Assembly: GCA_963677895.2 (NCBI GenBank)
Contig: CAXXGJ010000021.1
Location: 1-64,000 of the forward strand
Length of the DNA stretch: 64,000 nucleotides
Origin: Treponemataceae bacterium
GTDB taxonomy: Bacteria; Spirochaetota; Spirochaetia; Treponematales; Rectinemataceae
Direction: 5' to 3'
The notes beneath the pieces were generated by a model. That model was not told the origin of the DNA, did not search any database, and worked only from the letters and a program-made list of their open reading frames with translations. Positions 40,475 through 49,851 of the stretch are shown piece after piece; position 1 is the first letter of the stretch; the number at the start of each line of letters is the position of its first letter. The position numbers were made by a program, and so were the translations under genes.

Positions 40475-40518
40475 GAGCGGGGCCGCGACGCAACGATGCC
40501 GCGGCCCCGCTCTTCTTT
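40475..40518. terminator. GC-rich hairpin downstream of the malic enzyme gene
   Basis: GAGCGGGGCCGCG...CGCGGCCCCGCTC. Confidence 0.6.
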
Positions 40519-40539
40519 ATGCCTGGTTAGGCAGGCAGT

Positions 40540-40605
40540 TCAGCGCACTTTGGCGAAAGCCTCAGCGCACCTCGGCGATTGCCTCAGCGCACCTCGGCAA
40601 TGGCC
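40540..40605. repeat. Three tandem 22-bp copies of the malic enzyme 3' end
   Basis: TCAGCGCACTTTGGCGAAAGCC / TCAGCGCACCTCGGCGATTGCC / TCAGCGCACCTCGGCAATGGCC. Confidence 0.9.
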
Positions 40606-42035
40606 TCGTCGAGCATCTGCTGGAGCATCGCCTGGGGCGGTTCCTTGATATAGCCCATGGCCATCATGTCCTTGGTCAAATTCCTCGAGGCGGCGATGTC
40701 GGTCATGGCCTTGTCGTAGACTTCCTGCCATGTCGCCTGTACCCTGGCCACGCCCTCGGCGATGGCCTGCATGGCGACGTCCGCGGCTTCCACGGCGAAA
40801 ACCTCGGTCTCGGACATGGTCGCGACGATGTTGTCGGGCGTGATGCCCCGCTTCTTGGCGAAATCCGCGAGGGAGTGGGCGCAGCGTATGGCCATGCCAT
40901 CGGTGATCTTGCGGGCGCGCACCGCGAGGGCTCCCTTGAGAATGCCGGGGAAGCAGACGGAGTTGTTCACCTGGTTGGGGAAGTCGCCGCGGCCGGTGGC
41001 CACTATGAAAGCGCCCTCTTCCTTGGCCGCGTAGGGCCAGATCTCAGGCACGGGGTTGGCGCAGCAGAAGACGATGGACTTGGGCGCCATCGATCGCACC
41101 CATTCGCGTTTGACGGTGTCGGGACCGGGGGTTGAGAGGGCTATGAGGACATCGGCGCCCTTGAGGGCTTCGGCTTCCGTGGCGACGCGCTTCGGGTTCG
41201 TGGCCTGGCAGAGCTCCCATTTCCTGTAGAGCCTCGGGTCTGCCTCGATGTCCTTGCGGCCCGCGTGGAGCGAACCTTTCGTGTCGAACATCACCATGTT
41301 CTCGCCCTTGCCACCATCGGTCATGATGAGGCGGGCGATGGTCGTGTTGGAAGCGCCGGCGCCCAGAAGGACGATTTTCGCCTCCGAAAGCTTTTTGCCA
41401 GCGAGAGAAAGGGCGTTGAGAAGTCCCGCCAGGGTGACGGAGGCGGTGCCCTGGGCATCGTCGTGCCATACGGGGATGTCGCAGGATTCGCGCAGCTCGT
41501 CCAGGACCTTGTAGCAGTTGGGCTGGCTGATATCCTCGAGGTTGACCGCTCCCACCGAGGGCTGGAGCATTTTCACGAATTCGATGATCTTGTCGGGGTC
41601 GTGCTTGCCGTCTTTGCCCCGTGAATCGACGCAGAGGGCGATGCAGTCGACGCCGCCCAAATATTTCATGAGGAAGGCTTTTCCTTCCATGACGCCCAAG
41701 CCCCCCGGGGGCGTACAGTCGCCGTCGCCCAGGACGCGGGTGGAATCGGAAACTACGGCGACGAGATTGCCCCTGTTGGAAAGGGCGAAGGATTCGTCGT
41801 TGTTGTCGCGTATCGTCGTGGAAACCTTGGAAACGCCAGGGGTATACCAGACATTGAACCAGTTAAAACCATAGACGCCGGCCTTGGGCACGGTCTGCAT
41901 TTTACCGCCGTAGAACTTGTGCGCCTGAATCGAGAGCTTCTTGAGAAAGAGGGTCTGGGCGCGGGCTTTCTGGTCTTGGGTAAAGTCTTCGGGGAAGGCT
42001 TTGGAAAGGTTGGAGAGACTCAATTCCAACTTCAT
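40584..42035 (-). CDS. NAD(P)-dependent malic enzyme (no PTA domain)
   Basis: YTPGV, RVLG.G, MEGKA, NLEDI, HDDAQGT, GAGAS, ANPVPEI, ATGRGDFPNQVNN. Confidence 0.93.
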   Translation of the reverse strand: MKLELSLSNLSKAFPEDFTQDQKARAQTLFLKKLSIQAHKFYGGKMQTVPKAGVYGFNWFNVWYTPGVSKVSTTIRDNNDESFALSNRGNLVAVVSDSTRVLGDGDCTPPGGLGVMEGKAFLMKYLGGVDCIALCVDSRGKDGKHDPDKIIEFVKMLQPSVGAVNLEDISQPNCYKVLDELRESCDIPVWHDDAQGTASVTLAGLLNALSLAGKKLSEAKIVLLGAGASNTTIARLIMTDGGKGENMVMFDTKGSLHAGRKDIEADPRLYRKWELCQATNPKRVATEAEALKGADVLIALSTPGPDTVKREWVRSMAPKSIVFCCANPVPEIWPYAAKEEGAFIVATGRGDFPNQVNNSVCFPGILKGALAVRARKITDGMAIRCAHSLADFAKKRGITPDNIVATMSETEVFAVEAADVAMQAIAEGVARVQATWQEVYDKAMTDIAASRNLTKDMMAMGYIKEPPQAMLQQMLDEAIAEVR

Positions 42036-42169
42036 TAAGGTACCGTCCTTGTCAAATGGTTTGAGGAATGCGCGTAGCGCGCGAGCCTTTATATAGTATC
42101 ATACGCATACCCGCGTCACAAGGATTATTCTGACTTCCCGAAGCGTAATTGGATAATTTTCTACCAAAT

Positions 42170-42199
42170 AAAAGCCGCCCGAGAATTAACCCGGGCGGC
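42170..42199 (-). terminator. Intrinsic terminator of the DHOD-like gene
   Basis: GCCGCCCG...CGGGCGGC followed by TTTT on the minus strand. Confidence 0.6.
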
Positions 42200-42241
42200 C
42201 TGCGGCGATGCTGATGGAGAAAGCGTTCATCGCGCCATGGA

Positions 42242-43228
42242 TCAGGAAATTCCCGTCAAAGCCTTGATGTACTGCAGGCGCATATACTCGTCCGGCTTGC
42301 CCGAATTGTAGGCGGAGAGCTTGCCGCGCATGCTGTCCACAGAGGAGAATCCCTGGGTTTCGATAAGCGTCTTCAGGTCATCGATGATAGCGCTTATCAC
42401 TTTCCAGCCATCCTTGTAGATGGCCGAACATACCTGCGTTACGCTCGCGCCGGCGAGAATGAATTTGGCCGCGGTCTCGGCATCGTGAATGCCGGTGGCG
42501 CCGGCCAGTTCGATGCCCGCGCGCTGGAAAAGCAGGGCGGTCCAGCGCAGGCTGTCATGGTATTCGTCAGCGGTGGAGAGGGGCTGCGCGCGCACCAGTT
42601 TCATTCCCCCAATATCGATGTCGAACCTATAGAAGCGATTGAAGAGGACGAGGGCATTGGCCCCTTCCTTCGAGATGTTGTTGGCGAGATGAGGAAGGCT
42701 GGAATAATGGGACCCGAGCTTCACTTCGATGGGCAGCTTTGTGGAAAGCCTGGCTTCCTTTATCGTGGAAAGCACTCTGTTCTCGATATCTTTGGAGCTC
42801 AGCGCGGTGGAATGCGGCATATAGGCGATATTCAACTCAAGGGCGTCGGCGCCGGCTTCCTCGATCCGCTTGGTGAAGGAAGCCCAGGTTCCCGTGCCGA
42901 CGCAGTTGATGCTGGCGAATATCGGGGTATTTCCGGCCCTGGTCTTCGACTCCTTGATGAGGTTGAGGTAGGCTTCCGTGCCTTCTTCCCATGCGGTGCG
43001 GCTTACGAAGGCTTCCGCCTCAGGATACGCGTCGAGGTCGATGCCGATTTCCTCGGCGCCCAGTTCGGCCAGAATCTGCTCCTCGAAAAGGGATTTGAGC
43101 ACGACGGCGCCGGCTCCGGCCTGTACGGCTTTTTCAACGCCTTCCGCCGTTCCCGTCAGGCCCGACGCGGCTACTATGATGGGATTCGCGAGTTTCAGTC
43201 CCATGAAATTAGTGGTCAAGTCGATCAT
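42242..43228 (-). CDS. Dihydroorotate dehydrogenase-like FMN protein
   Basis: LANPIIVAAS, GAVVLKSLFEEQI, ELNI, VKL, LFNRF, TGIH, QVCSA; SD AAGGAG before ATG 43228. Confidence 0.85.
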   Translation of the reverse strand: MIDLTTNFMGLKLANPIIVAASGLTGTAEGVEKAVQAGAGAVVLKSLFEEQILAELGAEEIGIDLDAYPEAEAFVSRTAWEEGTEAYLNLIKESKTRAGNTPIFASINCVGTGTWASFTKRIEEAGADALELNIAYMPHSTALSSKDIENRVLSTIKEARLSTKLPIEVKLGSHYSSLPHLANNISKEGANALVLFNRFYRFDIDIGGMKLVRAQPLSTADEYHDSLRWTALLFQRAGIELAGATGIHDAETAAKFILAGASVTQVCSAIYKDGWKVISAIIDDLKTLIETQGFSSVDSMRGKLSAYNSGKPDEYMRLQYIKALTGIS

Positions 43229-43301
43229 ATTGTCTCCTTCCGTGGTTGTATCAATTTCTATTATAGCGGTTTTTCCGCCGTTCGTGGAGCGCAAACCGGA
43301 T

Positions 43302-43336
43302 AAAAAAAGGGGCGCGGCGAAAATCGCCGCGCCCCT
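43302..43336 (-). terminator. Intrinsic terminator of the ugp-like operon
   Basis: AGGGGCGCGGCGA-N3-TCGCCGCGCCCCT followed by a T-run on the minus strand. Confidence 0.85.
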
Positions 43337-43370
43337 CCCTGTCCCGCAAAGAAGCTTTGGAAAGCTTCCG

Positions 43371-44345
43371 CTATTTCAGGAAATCGCTCAACCTGTCGAA
43401 CTGCGTCAGCGCCGTCCAGTTTCCGGCATCATCTCCCGAAAGCTTCACGCAGCCGTCGATGGCGGACGCGTAGGTAAGGGCACCCACCTTCCGGTAGTTT
43501 TTGTAAACCTGAAGGCTGGCGAAACTGTCGTGCATCATGACGGCGAATTTTGGCGCCACCGTCTTGATGAAGGATTTCGAGGAAGAGGTGTCGCTGCCGT
43601 GGTGGCCGACCTTTATCACATCGGCCTGGAGTTCGGAACCGAATTTCTCGATGAGATCCAACTCGCGCGGCGTATAGACGTCGCCCATGAACAGCATGGT
43701 CGACCTGCCGAAGAAAAATTTCATGACCAGCGATTTGTTGTTTATGAACTGTGTCCCGTTCGCGGGATAGCCGACATAATATTTTATATCCGGTTCGGGA
43801 TTATAAACCTTCACCTTGACGAATTCGCCGATTGTGAATTCAGAGCCTTCCTCGAGATAGACGATTTGGATCCCGCGTGAGGCGGCCTTGCTTATCAAGC
43901 CCCGGTAAATGCCGCTGTCGGAATACACGACTTTGCTCATATAGAGCTTGTCCACAGGATACTTTGTCAATATCCTCGCCAGGCCGCCGATATGGTCGAT
44001 ATGCGGATGACTCGCCACGACGGCGTCAATTTTCACGACGCCCATGGCTTCGAGGGCGGCTTCCACCTGCGGCGCGCAGTCGGGCGATCCGGCATCGATG
44101 AGCACAACCTTGCCGTCGGGGGTCGTCAGGATGCTGCTGTCCCCGGATTTTTCGTCGGTTTCCGCGTCCTCAGGCAGGTGAAGCTTGAGAAAGCGCGCGA
44201 CGAGCTTCCCCGCGTCTTCTTTCCGGTCGAATATCTGGTCATAGCGGTCTGCCTTCGGGGTTTCATCCGCCTGTTCCTGCGCGAAAGCGCCACATCCGGC
44301 GAAGAAGAAGCCGAAGGCGAAGATGAAGGCCAGGAATTTTTTCAT
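43371..44345 (-). CDS. Exported ComEC/Pce-like metallo-beta-lactamase-fold hydrolase
   Basis: Signal peptide; GDS, LIDAG, SHPHIDHIGG, NNKS, FMGD, HHGS. Confidence 0.85.
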   Translation of the reverse strand: MKKFLAFIFAFGFFFAGCGAFAQEQADETPKADRYDQIFDRKEDAGKLVARFLKLHLPEDAETDEKSGDSSILTTPDGKVVLIDAGSPDCAPQVEAALEAMGVVKIDAVVASHPHIDHIGGLARILTKYPVDKLYMSKVVYSDSGIYRGLISKAASRGIQIVYLEEGSEFTIGEFVKVKVYNPEPDIKYYVGYPANGTQFINNKSLVMKFFFGRSTMLFMGDVYTPRELDLIEKFGSELQADVIKVGHHGSDTSSSKSFIKTVAPKFAVMMHDSFASLQVYKNYRKVGALTYASAIDGCVKLSGDDAGNWTALTQFDRLSDFLK

Positions 44346-45235
44346 TTGGAGGCCGCCTTGGAGAATCCGCTGAGAATGTATTTTTGCAGGATCACGAAAA
44401 GGATGATGATGGGCACGATGGCCATGACGGCTCCGGCCATGATCTGGTTCTGGTTCATGGTCTCAAGGCCCGCGTAGGAGCGCTTGAGTTCATAGACGCC
44501 TTGGGCGATCGTCCTGCGCAGCGGCGTCGTCGTCACCATCTTGGGCCAGAAATAGGCGTTCCAGCTGTCGATGAAGGTGATGATGCCCACCGTCATGATC
44601 GTCGGTTTGCACATGGGCACGAGAATCTGGAAGATGATGCCCGTCCTGCCCAGCCCCTCGAGTCTCGCCGCTTCCATGAAGCTGTCATCCACCGCCTTGA
44701 AGGTTTGCCGCAGCATGAAAATCATGTAGGCCGAGACGGCGTTGGGGATTATCAAGCCGGCGAAGGTGTTTATCCATTTCAGTTTCGCCACAATGACGTA
44801 GATCGGCACGAAGGTGATTTGTATCGGTATCATTAGGGCGCCGAGGACGACGATGAAGAGAGCGTCCCTGCCGGGGAAATGGCCCTTCGCGAAGCCGTAG
44901 GCCGCGTAGGCTCCGATGAGGAGCTGGAGGATCATGATGCCCGCGGTCATGATGATCGTGTTGAAGAAATACCTGCCGAAAGGCGCCATCTTGAGGGCGT
45001 CGGCATAGTTATGCCAGTGGAATTCCGCCGGCCAGAGCGAGGGTACGGGCCTCAGCATCTCTTCGCTGCTCTTGAGCGAGGATATGATCATCCAATAGAT
45101 GGGGAAGATGACGACGAGCGTGAAGGCAATAGCCAGGAGGTACTGGAATATCGTCGCGACCGTTTTCATCCGCAGCGCTTTCCTGTTGGTCGATGTTTTC
45201 ATGTTTAACATTTCGGCGATCCCCTCAGGACTCAT
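44342..45235 (-). CDS. CUT1 ABC permease (UgpE-like)
   Basis: EAARLEG EAA loop, SWNAYFWP, QKYI; start 45235 or 45244. Confidence 0.88.
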   Translation of the reverse strand: MSPEGIAEMLNMKTSTNRKALRMKTVATIFQYLLAIAFTLVVIFPIYWMIISSLKSSEEMLRPVPSLWPAEFHWHNYADALKMAPFGRYFFNTIIMTAGIMILQLLIGAYAAYGFAKGHFPGRDALFIVVLGALMIPIQITFVPIYVIVAKLKWINTFAGLIIPNAVSAYMIFMLRQTFKAVDDSFMEAARLEGLGRTGIIFQILVPMCKPTIMTVGIITFIDSWNAYFWPKMVTTTPLRRTIAQGVYELKRSYAGLETMNQNQIMAGAVMAIVPIIILFVILQKYILSGFSKAASK

Positions 45236-46160
45236 AGTGGACATTCTTGTCCGAAAGCTTCATGGTCGCCATCGTGAAGACGAGGAGAACGACGAAGAAG
45301 ACGCAGGCGACGACGGCCGCCCTGTCCACCCTGAACTCGACGAAGGCCAGCTCATAAATCCAGTAGACCATGACGTTCGTGCTCTCATAGGGACCGCCGT
45401 TCGTCATGACGTCGATCGACTGGAAGACTTTCATCGAAGCGATGAAGGTGGTGACGAAGAGGAAAAGCGTCGTCGGCGAGAGCAAGGGCAGCGTGATGTA
45501 CTTGAAGCGCTGGAGACCATTGGCTCCGTCGAGCTTGGCCGCCTCGTAGTACTCGGGCGAAATGCCTTTCATCGCGGAAAGGTAAATCATCATGCCATAG
45601 CCCACGACTCTCCAGCCCGTCAATATCAGGACGGAGGCCAGCGCCGTCTTTTCGGAATTGAGCCAGGTGACGCTGGCCAGCCCGAAAAGGTTGAGGACGT
45701 AGTTCAGGATGCCGTACTGGTCGCTCAATATCCACATGAAGACGATGGCCGAGGTCGAGACGCCGATGTATTTGGGCATGAAGACGATGGAACGCATCGC
45801 GGAAAAAGGTTTGCTCTCCCTGTTGAAGAGCGCGGCGAGCAGGATGCCTCCCACAAGGGTGATCGCGATTTCCCAGAAGGTATAGGTGAAGGTGATCCTG
45901 AGCGAAGCTAGCCATTTTTCCAGGCCGGAACCGGCAAAGAGCCATTTATAGTTCTTGAGCCCCACGTATTTATAGTTGTCTTTGATCAAGTTCCAGTTGG
46001 TAAAGCCGATCCGAAACAGCTCAACAATGGGATAGTAGACGAAGGCGATGAAAAACCCCAATGCCGGTACGACACAGAGAAAATCTCTGGTCTTCTCCCG
46101 CCTTCTGTAATGTGGCGCTCGCATCCGCGCCTTGGGAACTCTCACCGTTTGTTTCGCCAT
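45225..46160 (-). CDS. CUT1 ABC permease (UgpA-like)
   Basis: YVGLKNY, YEAAKLDGA, ITLPLLSP, MTNGGP. Confidence 0.88.
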   Translation of the reverse strand: MAKQTVRVPKARMRAPHYRRREKTRDFLCVVPALGFFIAFVYYPIVELFRIGFTNWNLIKDNYKYVGLKNYKWLFAGSGLEKWLASLRITFTYTFWEIAITLVGGILLAALFNRESKPFSAMRSIVFMPKYIGVSTSAIVFMWILSDQYGILNYVLNLFGLASVTWLNSEKTALASVLILTGWRVVGYGMMIYLSAMKGISPEYYEAAKLDGANGLQRFKYITLPLLSPTTLFLFVTTFIASMKVFQSIDVMTNGGPYESTNVMVYWIYELAFVEFRVDRAAVVACVFFVVLLVFTMATMKLSDKNVHYES

Positions 46161-46296
46161 TTCGTTCACTCCCCGCTTAAATTATGGCCGACGGGCTCCT
46201 GAGAGCCCATCGGTCGCCATGAGTATGGTCTTCAGGGACGAACTTGGCAGAGCCTGAACGGCCGCCGCGTCCGCCCCTTTCTACGCCGCGCTGGTT

Positions 46297-47577
46297 TTAG
46301 TCCTGCAGCGCTTCGTCGATGAGCTTCGAAGCCTTCTGCATCGCTGACGCGACATCGCCGCCTTCGATTATAACTTTCGCCATCTCCTGCATCCAGACCT
46401 TGGAAAGAGCCGAGTAGGCCGGGTGCTGGATTCGGGGATTGATGTGGTCGAGGTTGTCGAACACTGCTTTAAAAGCCGGCTTTTCGGCGAGGAAGGCTTT
46501 GCCTTCGGCCGTCTGCGTCACCGAGTTTCGGGTGGGCATATAACCGGTTTCCCTGGCCCAGAGCATGTTGACTTCTTTGCCGGTGAGGTAGGAAAGCAGC
46601 TTCCATCCGGCGTTCTTCACATCCTGCTTGTTCTTGGAGGGGATGAGAAGCACGCATCCGCCGATCTCGGAATCGCGGGTCTGGTTTCCGGGAAGGTAGT
46701 GCATGCCGACCTTGAACTTGGTGTTGGTGACGTACATGTTGTAGAGCGAGGTTGTGTGGATGACGGAGAATGTTTTGCCGTCGATGAAGTTCTGGCGCAT
46801 GATGCCCGAGGCATCCTTGCCGTAAGCCCAGTACGCTTGCTTCGCGTCGCACCACTTCTTGAGCTGCTTCGCGATTTCGATGGCCTTGGCGCTGGCGAGA
46901 TCGGTGGTTTCGTTGTCGTCATTGACGATTTTGACGCCGGAGTTGAGATAGAAGGTCTCGAAATACCACTGGTCCCAGCCGGGGATCACCGTCGCGTAGC
47001 GCTGGGTGACGCCGTTGGAAACCTTGGACGCTTTCTTCATGAACTCGTCCATGTCGGCCCAGGTTTCGGGAAGCTTGATCTTCTCGGCATCGGCCATGTC
47101 CTTGTTGTAGAACATGATCTGCGTGGAAATGAGGAAGGGAAGAGAAACCTGCTTGCCCTTGAAGCTCGACGCCACGCGCAGGCCAGCGCCGAAGTCCTTG
47201 ATGTCGAAGCCGGTGACCTGGATGTAGGGATCGAGGATTTCGCACATGCCCGAATCGCCGTACTGGGCGATATAGGGCGTATTGGCTACCGTGACGGCGG
47301 GAAGCGTCGTTCCGGCGGCCTGGGCCGCGATGAGTTTCTCGTTGAGGTCGGCGTAGCTGCCCTGATACACGGCTTCGACGTCGATCATGGGATTCTGTTT
47401 CTCGAAATCGGCGACGACTTTGTCAATTAAGGGCGCGTACTGGGCTTCCATGGCATGCCACCACTGGATCTTGATGGGCGCCTTGACCGCGTATTTGTCG
47501 GCATCTGCCGCGCCCACGCTAAGGGTTGCCGCCACCATCATCGACAGGGCAACGATCGCAAAGAACGTTCTTTTCAT
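46297..47577 (-). CDS. ABC substrate-binding protein (UgpB-like)
   Basis: Signal peptide; WWHAM, YQGSY, LPF..ST..MFYNKD, TGYMP. Confidence 0.85.
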   Translation of the reverse strand: MKRTFFAIVALSMMVAATLSVGAADADKYAVKAPIKIQWWHAMEAQYAPLIDKVVADFEKQNPMIDVEAVYQGSYADLNEKLIAAQAAGTTLPAVTVANTPYIAQYGDSGMCEILDPYIQVTGFDIKDFGAGLRVASSFKGKQVSLPFLISTQIMFYNKDMADAEKIKLPETWADMDEFMKKASKVSNGVTQRYATVIPGWDQWYFETFYLNSGVKIVNDDNETTDLASAKAIEIAKQLKKWCDAKQAYWAYGKDASGIMRQNFIDGKTFSVIHTTSLYNMYVTNTKFKVGMHYLPGNQTRDSEIGGCVLLIPSKNKQDVKNAGWKLLSYLTGKEVNMLWARETGYMPTRNSVTQTAEGKAFLAEKPAFKAVFDNLDHINPRIQHPAYSALSKVWMQEMAKVIIEGGDVASAMQKASKLIDEALQD

Positions 47578-47665
47578 GGTCTCCTCCTTGGCTCGTTTCC
47601 GAGCTGATGAATATCGATTCCGCCGTATCGGATGTCCTTACGGCAAAGATCCCTTGATCGAATCC

Positions 47666-48469
47666 TCAGGCTCCGGAAGCCCGCGGAAAAAACGACTCCA
47701 GGAAAGCCTTTCCTTCCGCGAGCCTGCCCAAATCGGTGCCGATATTGTATTCGAGCACGAGATTCAGGTCCCTGCCGGTTTCGGCGGCGGCGGACAGAAC
47801 GCTTTTCCAGTCGATATTGCCGTCGCCCAGGGGGGCATGCCTGTCCTTGATTCCGTCGTTGTCATGCAGATGCAGCGCGCGGAGCCTGGCTCCCAGCGAC
47901 GGCAGCAGAGTCTCTATGCTCCAGCCGTTGATGAAGGCATGGCCTATATCGACGAGGCAACCGAAATCGTCGGGAAGGCCGTTGAAAAAATCGATGAACT
48001 GGCGCTCGGTAAAGAGCGAGGTCGCGTTCGATCCGACGTTCTCCACGAGAAGGAGCCGGCCGTAGGAGGCATTGAACTCATGAAGGGCTATCAGGGAGAA
48101 CCCCAGGCGCTGACGAGCGGTTTCCTTGGAGAAATGGGCATCGGAGCACCATCCCGTATGGAGCACGACATGGCTGGCCCCCACCATCGAAGCGAAGACG
48201 ATGGTCTGGCGATAGGATTCCAGGACGGCCTCGCGCAGGAATGAGTTTTCATTGGTCAGGTTGACGTCCCATACGGGAACATGAACGGAATAGGTCGCCT
48301 TCTTGGTCTTGAGCATGGAAGCGAATTCCTCCATGCGCAGGTGGAAATCATTCCATCCGGCTCCATCAAGCATAAGCTCGATGTGCTCGGCGCCATTCCC
48401 TATGAGCTTATCGACATTATCTTCGACGCCGCCGCCTATGAGGCAGAGCTCCGAATAAGATATTTTCAT
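47666..48469 (-). CDS. Xylose-isomerase-like / AP-endonuclease-2 TIM-barrel metalloenzyme
   Basis: SVHVP, VLHTG, VEN, DIGHA, HLHDN..D.H.PLG.G, VLE. Confidence 0.85.
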   Translation of the reverse strand: MKISYSELCLIGGGVEDNVDKLIGNGAEHIELMLDGAGWNDFHLRMEEFASMLKTKKATYSVHVPVWDVNLTNENSFLREAVLESYRQTIVFASMVGASHVVLHTGWCSDAHFSKETARQRLGFSLIALHEFNASYGRLLLVENVGSNATSLFTERQFIDFFNGLPDDFGCLVDIGHAFINGWSIETLLPSLGARLRALHLHDNDGIKDRHAPLGDGNIDWKSVLSAAAETGRDLNLVLEYNIGTDLGRLAEGKAFLESFFPRASGA

Positions 48470-48499
48470 CAGCGGCACTCCACAAGTATCGTCATTGCC

Positions 48500-48750
48500 T
48501 GAGAAAATCCAGACAATTTAAATCAACAAAGAAGTTAAAATAAAGTATTTAAAATACTGAATCTTTCAATACAATATTTAACGCCTGATGATATACCCAT
48601 ATTGCAAATATTGTCAAATATCTTCGTGTTATTTTGATTTTCGATGTACTTTAATAATATTTTAATAATTTTTTAACAAATTTAACGGATTTTACTTGCG
48701 CTATTCGAAAACCGCGTTTACCATATTTATTACGTTCAATACTATAAGCG
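48500..48750. promoter_or_regulatory. AT-rich divergent promoter region (ugp-like operon / lacI)
   Basis: Palindrome AGTATTT-A-AAATACT at 48544-48558; repeated TTTAAC/GTTAAA; TTTACC-17-TACTAT at 48717-48745. Confidence 0.55.
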
Positions 48751-48758
48751 GCAGGCAA

Positions 48759-49850
48759 ATGGACAAGAAATCGAATCCGACATTGAAGCAGGTTGCCGAA
48801 CTCTCGGGCTTTTCGCAGGCTTCAGTGTCCATGATCCTGAACAAGCGAAGCGATGTCTCCTTTTCCGAGGAAACGGTCCGCCAGGTTCTGGACGCCGCGA
48901 AAAAACTCGGCTATGAAAAATCCGCTGGCCTCAGCAGGAAGAAGCGTCTTGCCGGCAAGAATATCATCGCCGTCTTCTGCCCCAATATTTCCAATCCCTA
49001 CTATTCGACCCTCGTCCAGGCGATCGAACAGTCAGCCTGGGAGAAAGACTTTCAGGTAATGATCGTCAATACCTATCGCTCTCCCGACGTCGAAGCCAAG
49101 AATCTTGCCATTCTGCAGGAGGCGGATATCGCCGGCCTAATTTTCACCATGCCTCCGCAGGTTCCCCATGCCCTGGAGAAGACGAACAGAAGCGTTCCCA
49201 CCGTGCTCATTATCGACAAAGGCTCGTCCATAAACCTGGACACGGTGGAAATGGACAATCACGGGGCGGGCGTTCTCATAGCCAGACACCTTCTGGGGCT
49301 TGGTCACAAGCACATCGCCTATGTCTCCACGACGCTCGACGACGCCAACAGCATGCGCCTCCGCCGCCTGAGGGGCCTGGAGGAGACATTCCGCGCCGAA
49401 TGTCCCGAAGGAAGCGTTCTGGTCCGCGCCCGCGACGTGACTCCGGGCGAGGAACTGCAGGATCTCTTCATAGAACATCACGTCGGCTATGAACTCGCCA
49501 AGGAATGTCTCGCGGACAGGAAAATCACCGCCTTCGTGGCGGTGAACGATATGGTGGCTTACGGCGTCATCGACGCCATCGCGTCGGAAAATCTCAGGGT
49601 TCCCGATGATTACAGCGTCTGCGGTTTTGACAACATCTTCCCTTCCAGACTCTCCCCCATCTCCCTCACCACCGTGGACAGCTACATCATCGACAAGGGA
49701 CACAACGCTTTCGCGATGCTCTACAGTCGTCTGAGCGGTTCCAGGGGGGCCTTGACGGGGCCGGATATAATAACCCGCGTGGAATATCCGCCCAGGCTCA
49801 TGGTCAGAAGTTCCACCTCGCGGGCGAAAGACGCGCCCGGAGGACGCTAG
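48759..49850 (+). CDS. LacI-family transcriptional regulator
   Basis: TLKQVAELSGFSQASVS, NDMVAYG, CGFDN, LTTV. Confidence 0.92.
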   Translation: MDKKSNPTLKQVAELSGFSQASVSMILNKRSDVSFSEETVRQVLDAAKKLGYEKSAGLSRKKRLAGKNIIAVFCPNISNPYYSTLVQAIEQSAWEKDFQVMIVNTYRSPDVEAKNLAILQEADIAGLIFTMPPQVPHALEKTNRSVPTVLIIDKGSSINLDTVEMDNHGAGVLIARHLLGLGHKHIAYVSTTLDDANSMRLRRLRGLEETFRAECPEGSVLVRARDVTPGEELQDLFIEHHVGYELAKECLADRKITAFVAVNDMVAYGVIDAIASENLRVPDDYSVCGFDNIFPSRLSPISLTTVDSYIIDKGHNAFAMLYSRLSGSRGALTGPDIITRVEYPPRLMVRSSTSRAKDAPGGR

Positions 49851-49851
49851 G

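Noticed and set aside
43371..44345. comEC competence gene
   Set aside because: Only the MBL domain with a signal peptide is present; the membrane competence domain is missing and the context is an ABC operon
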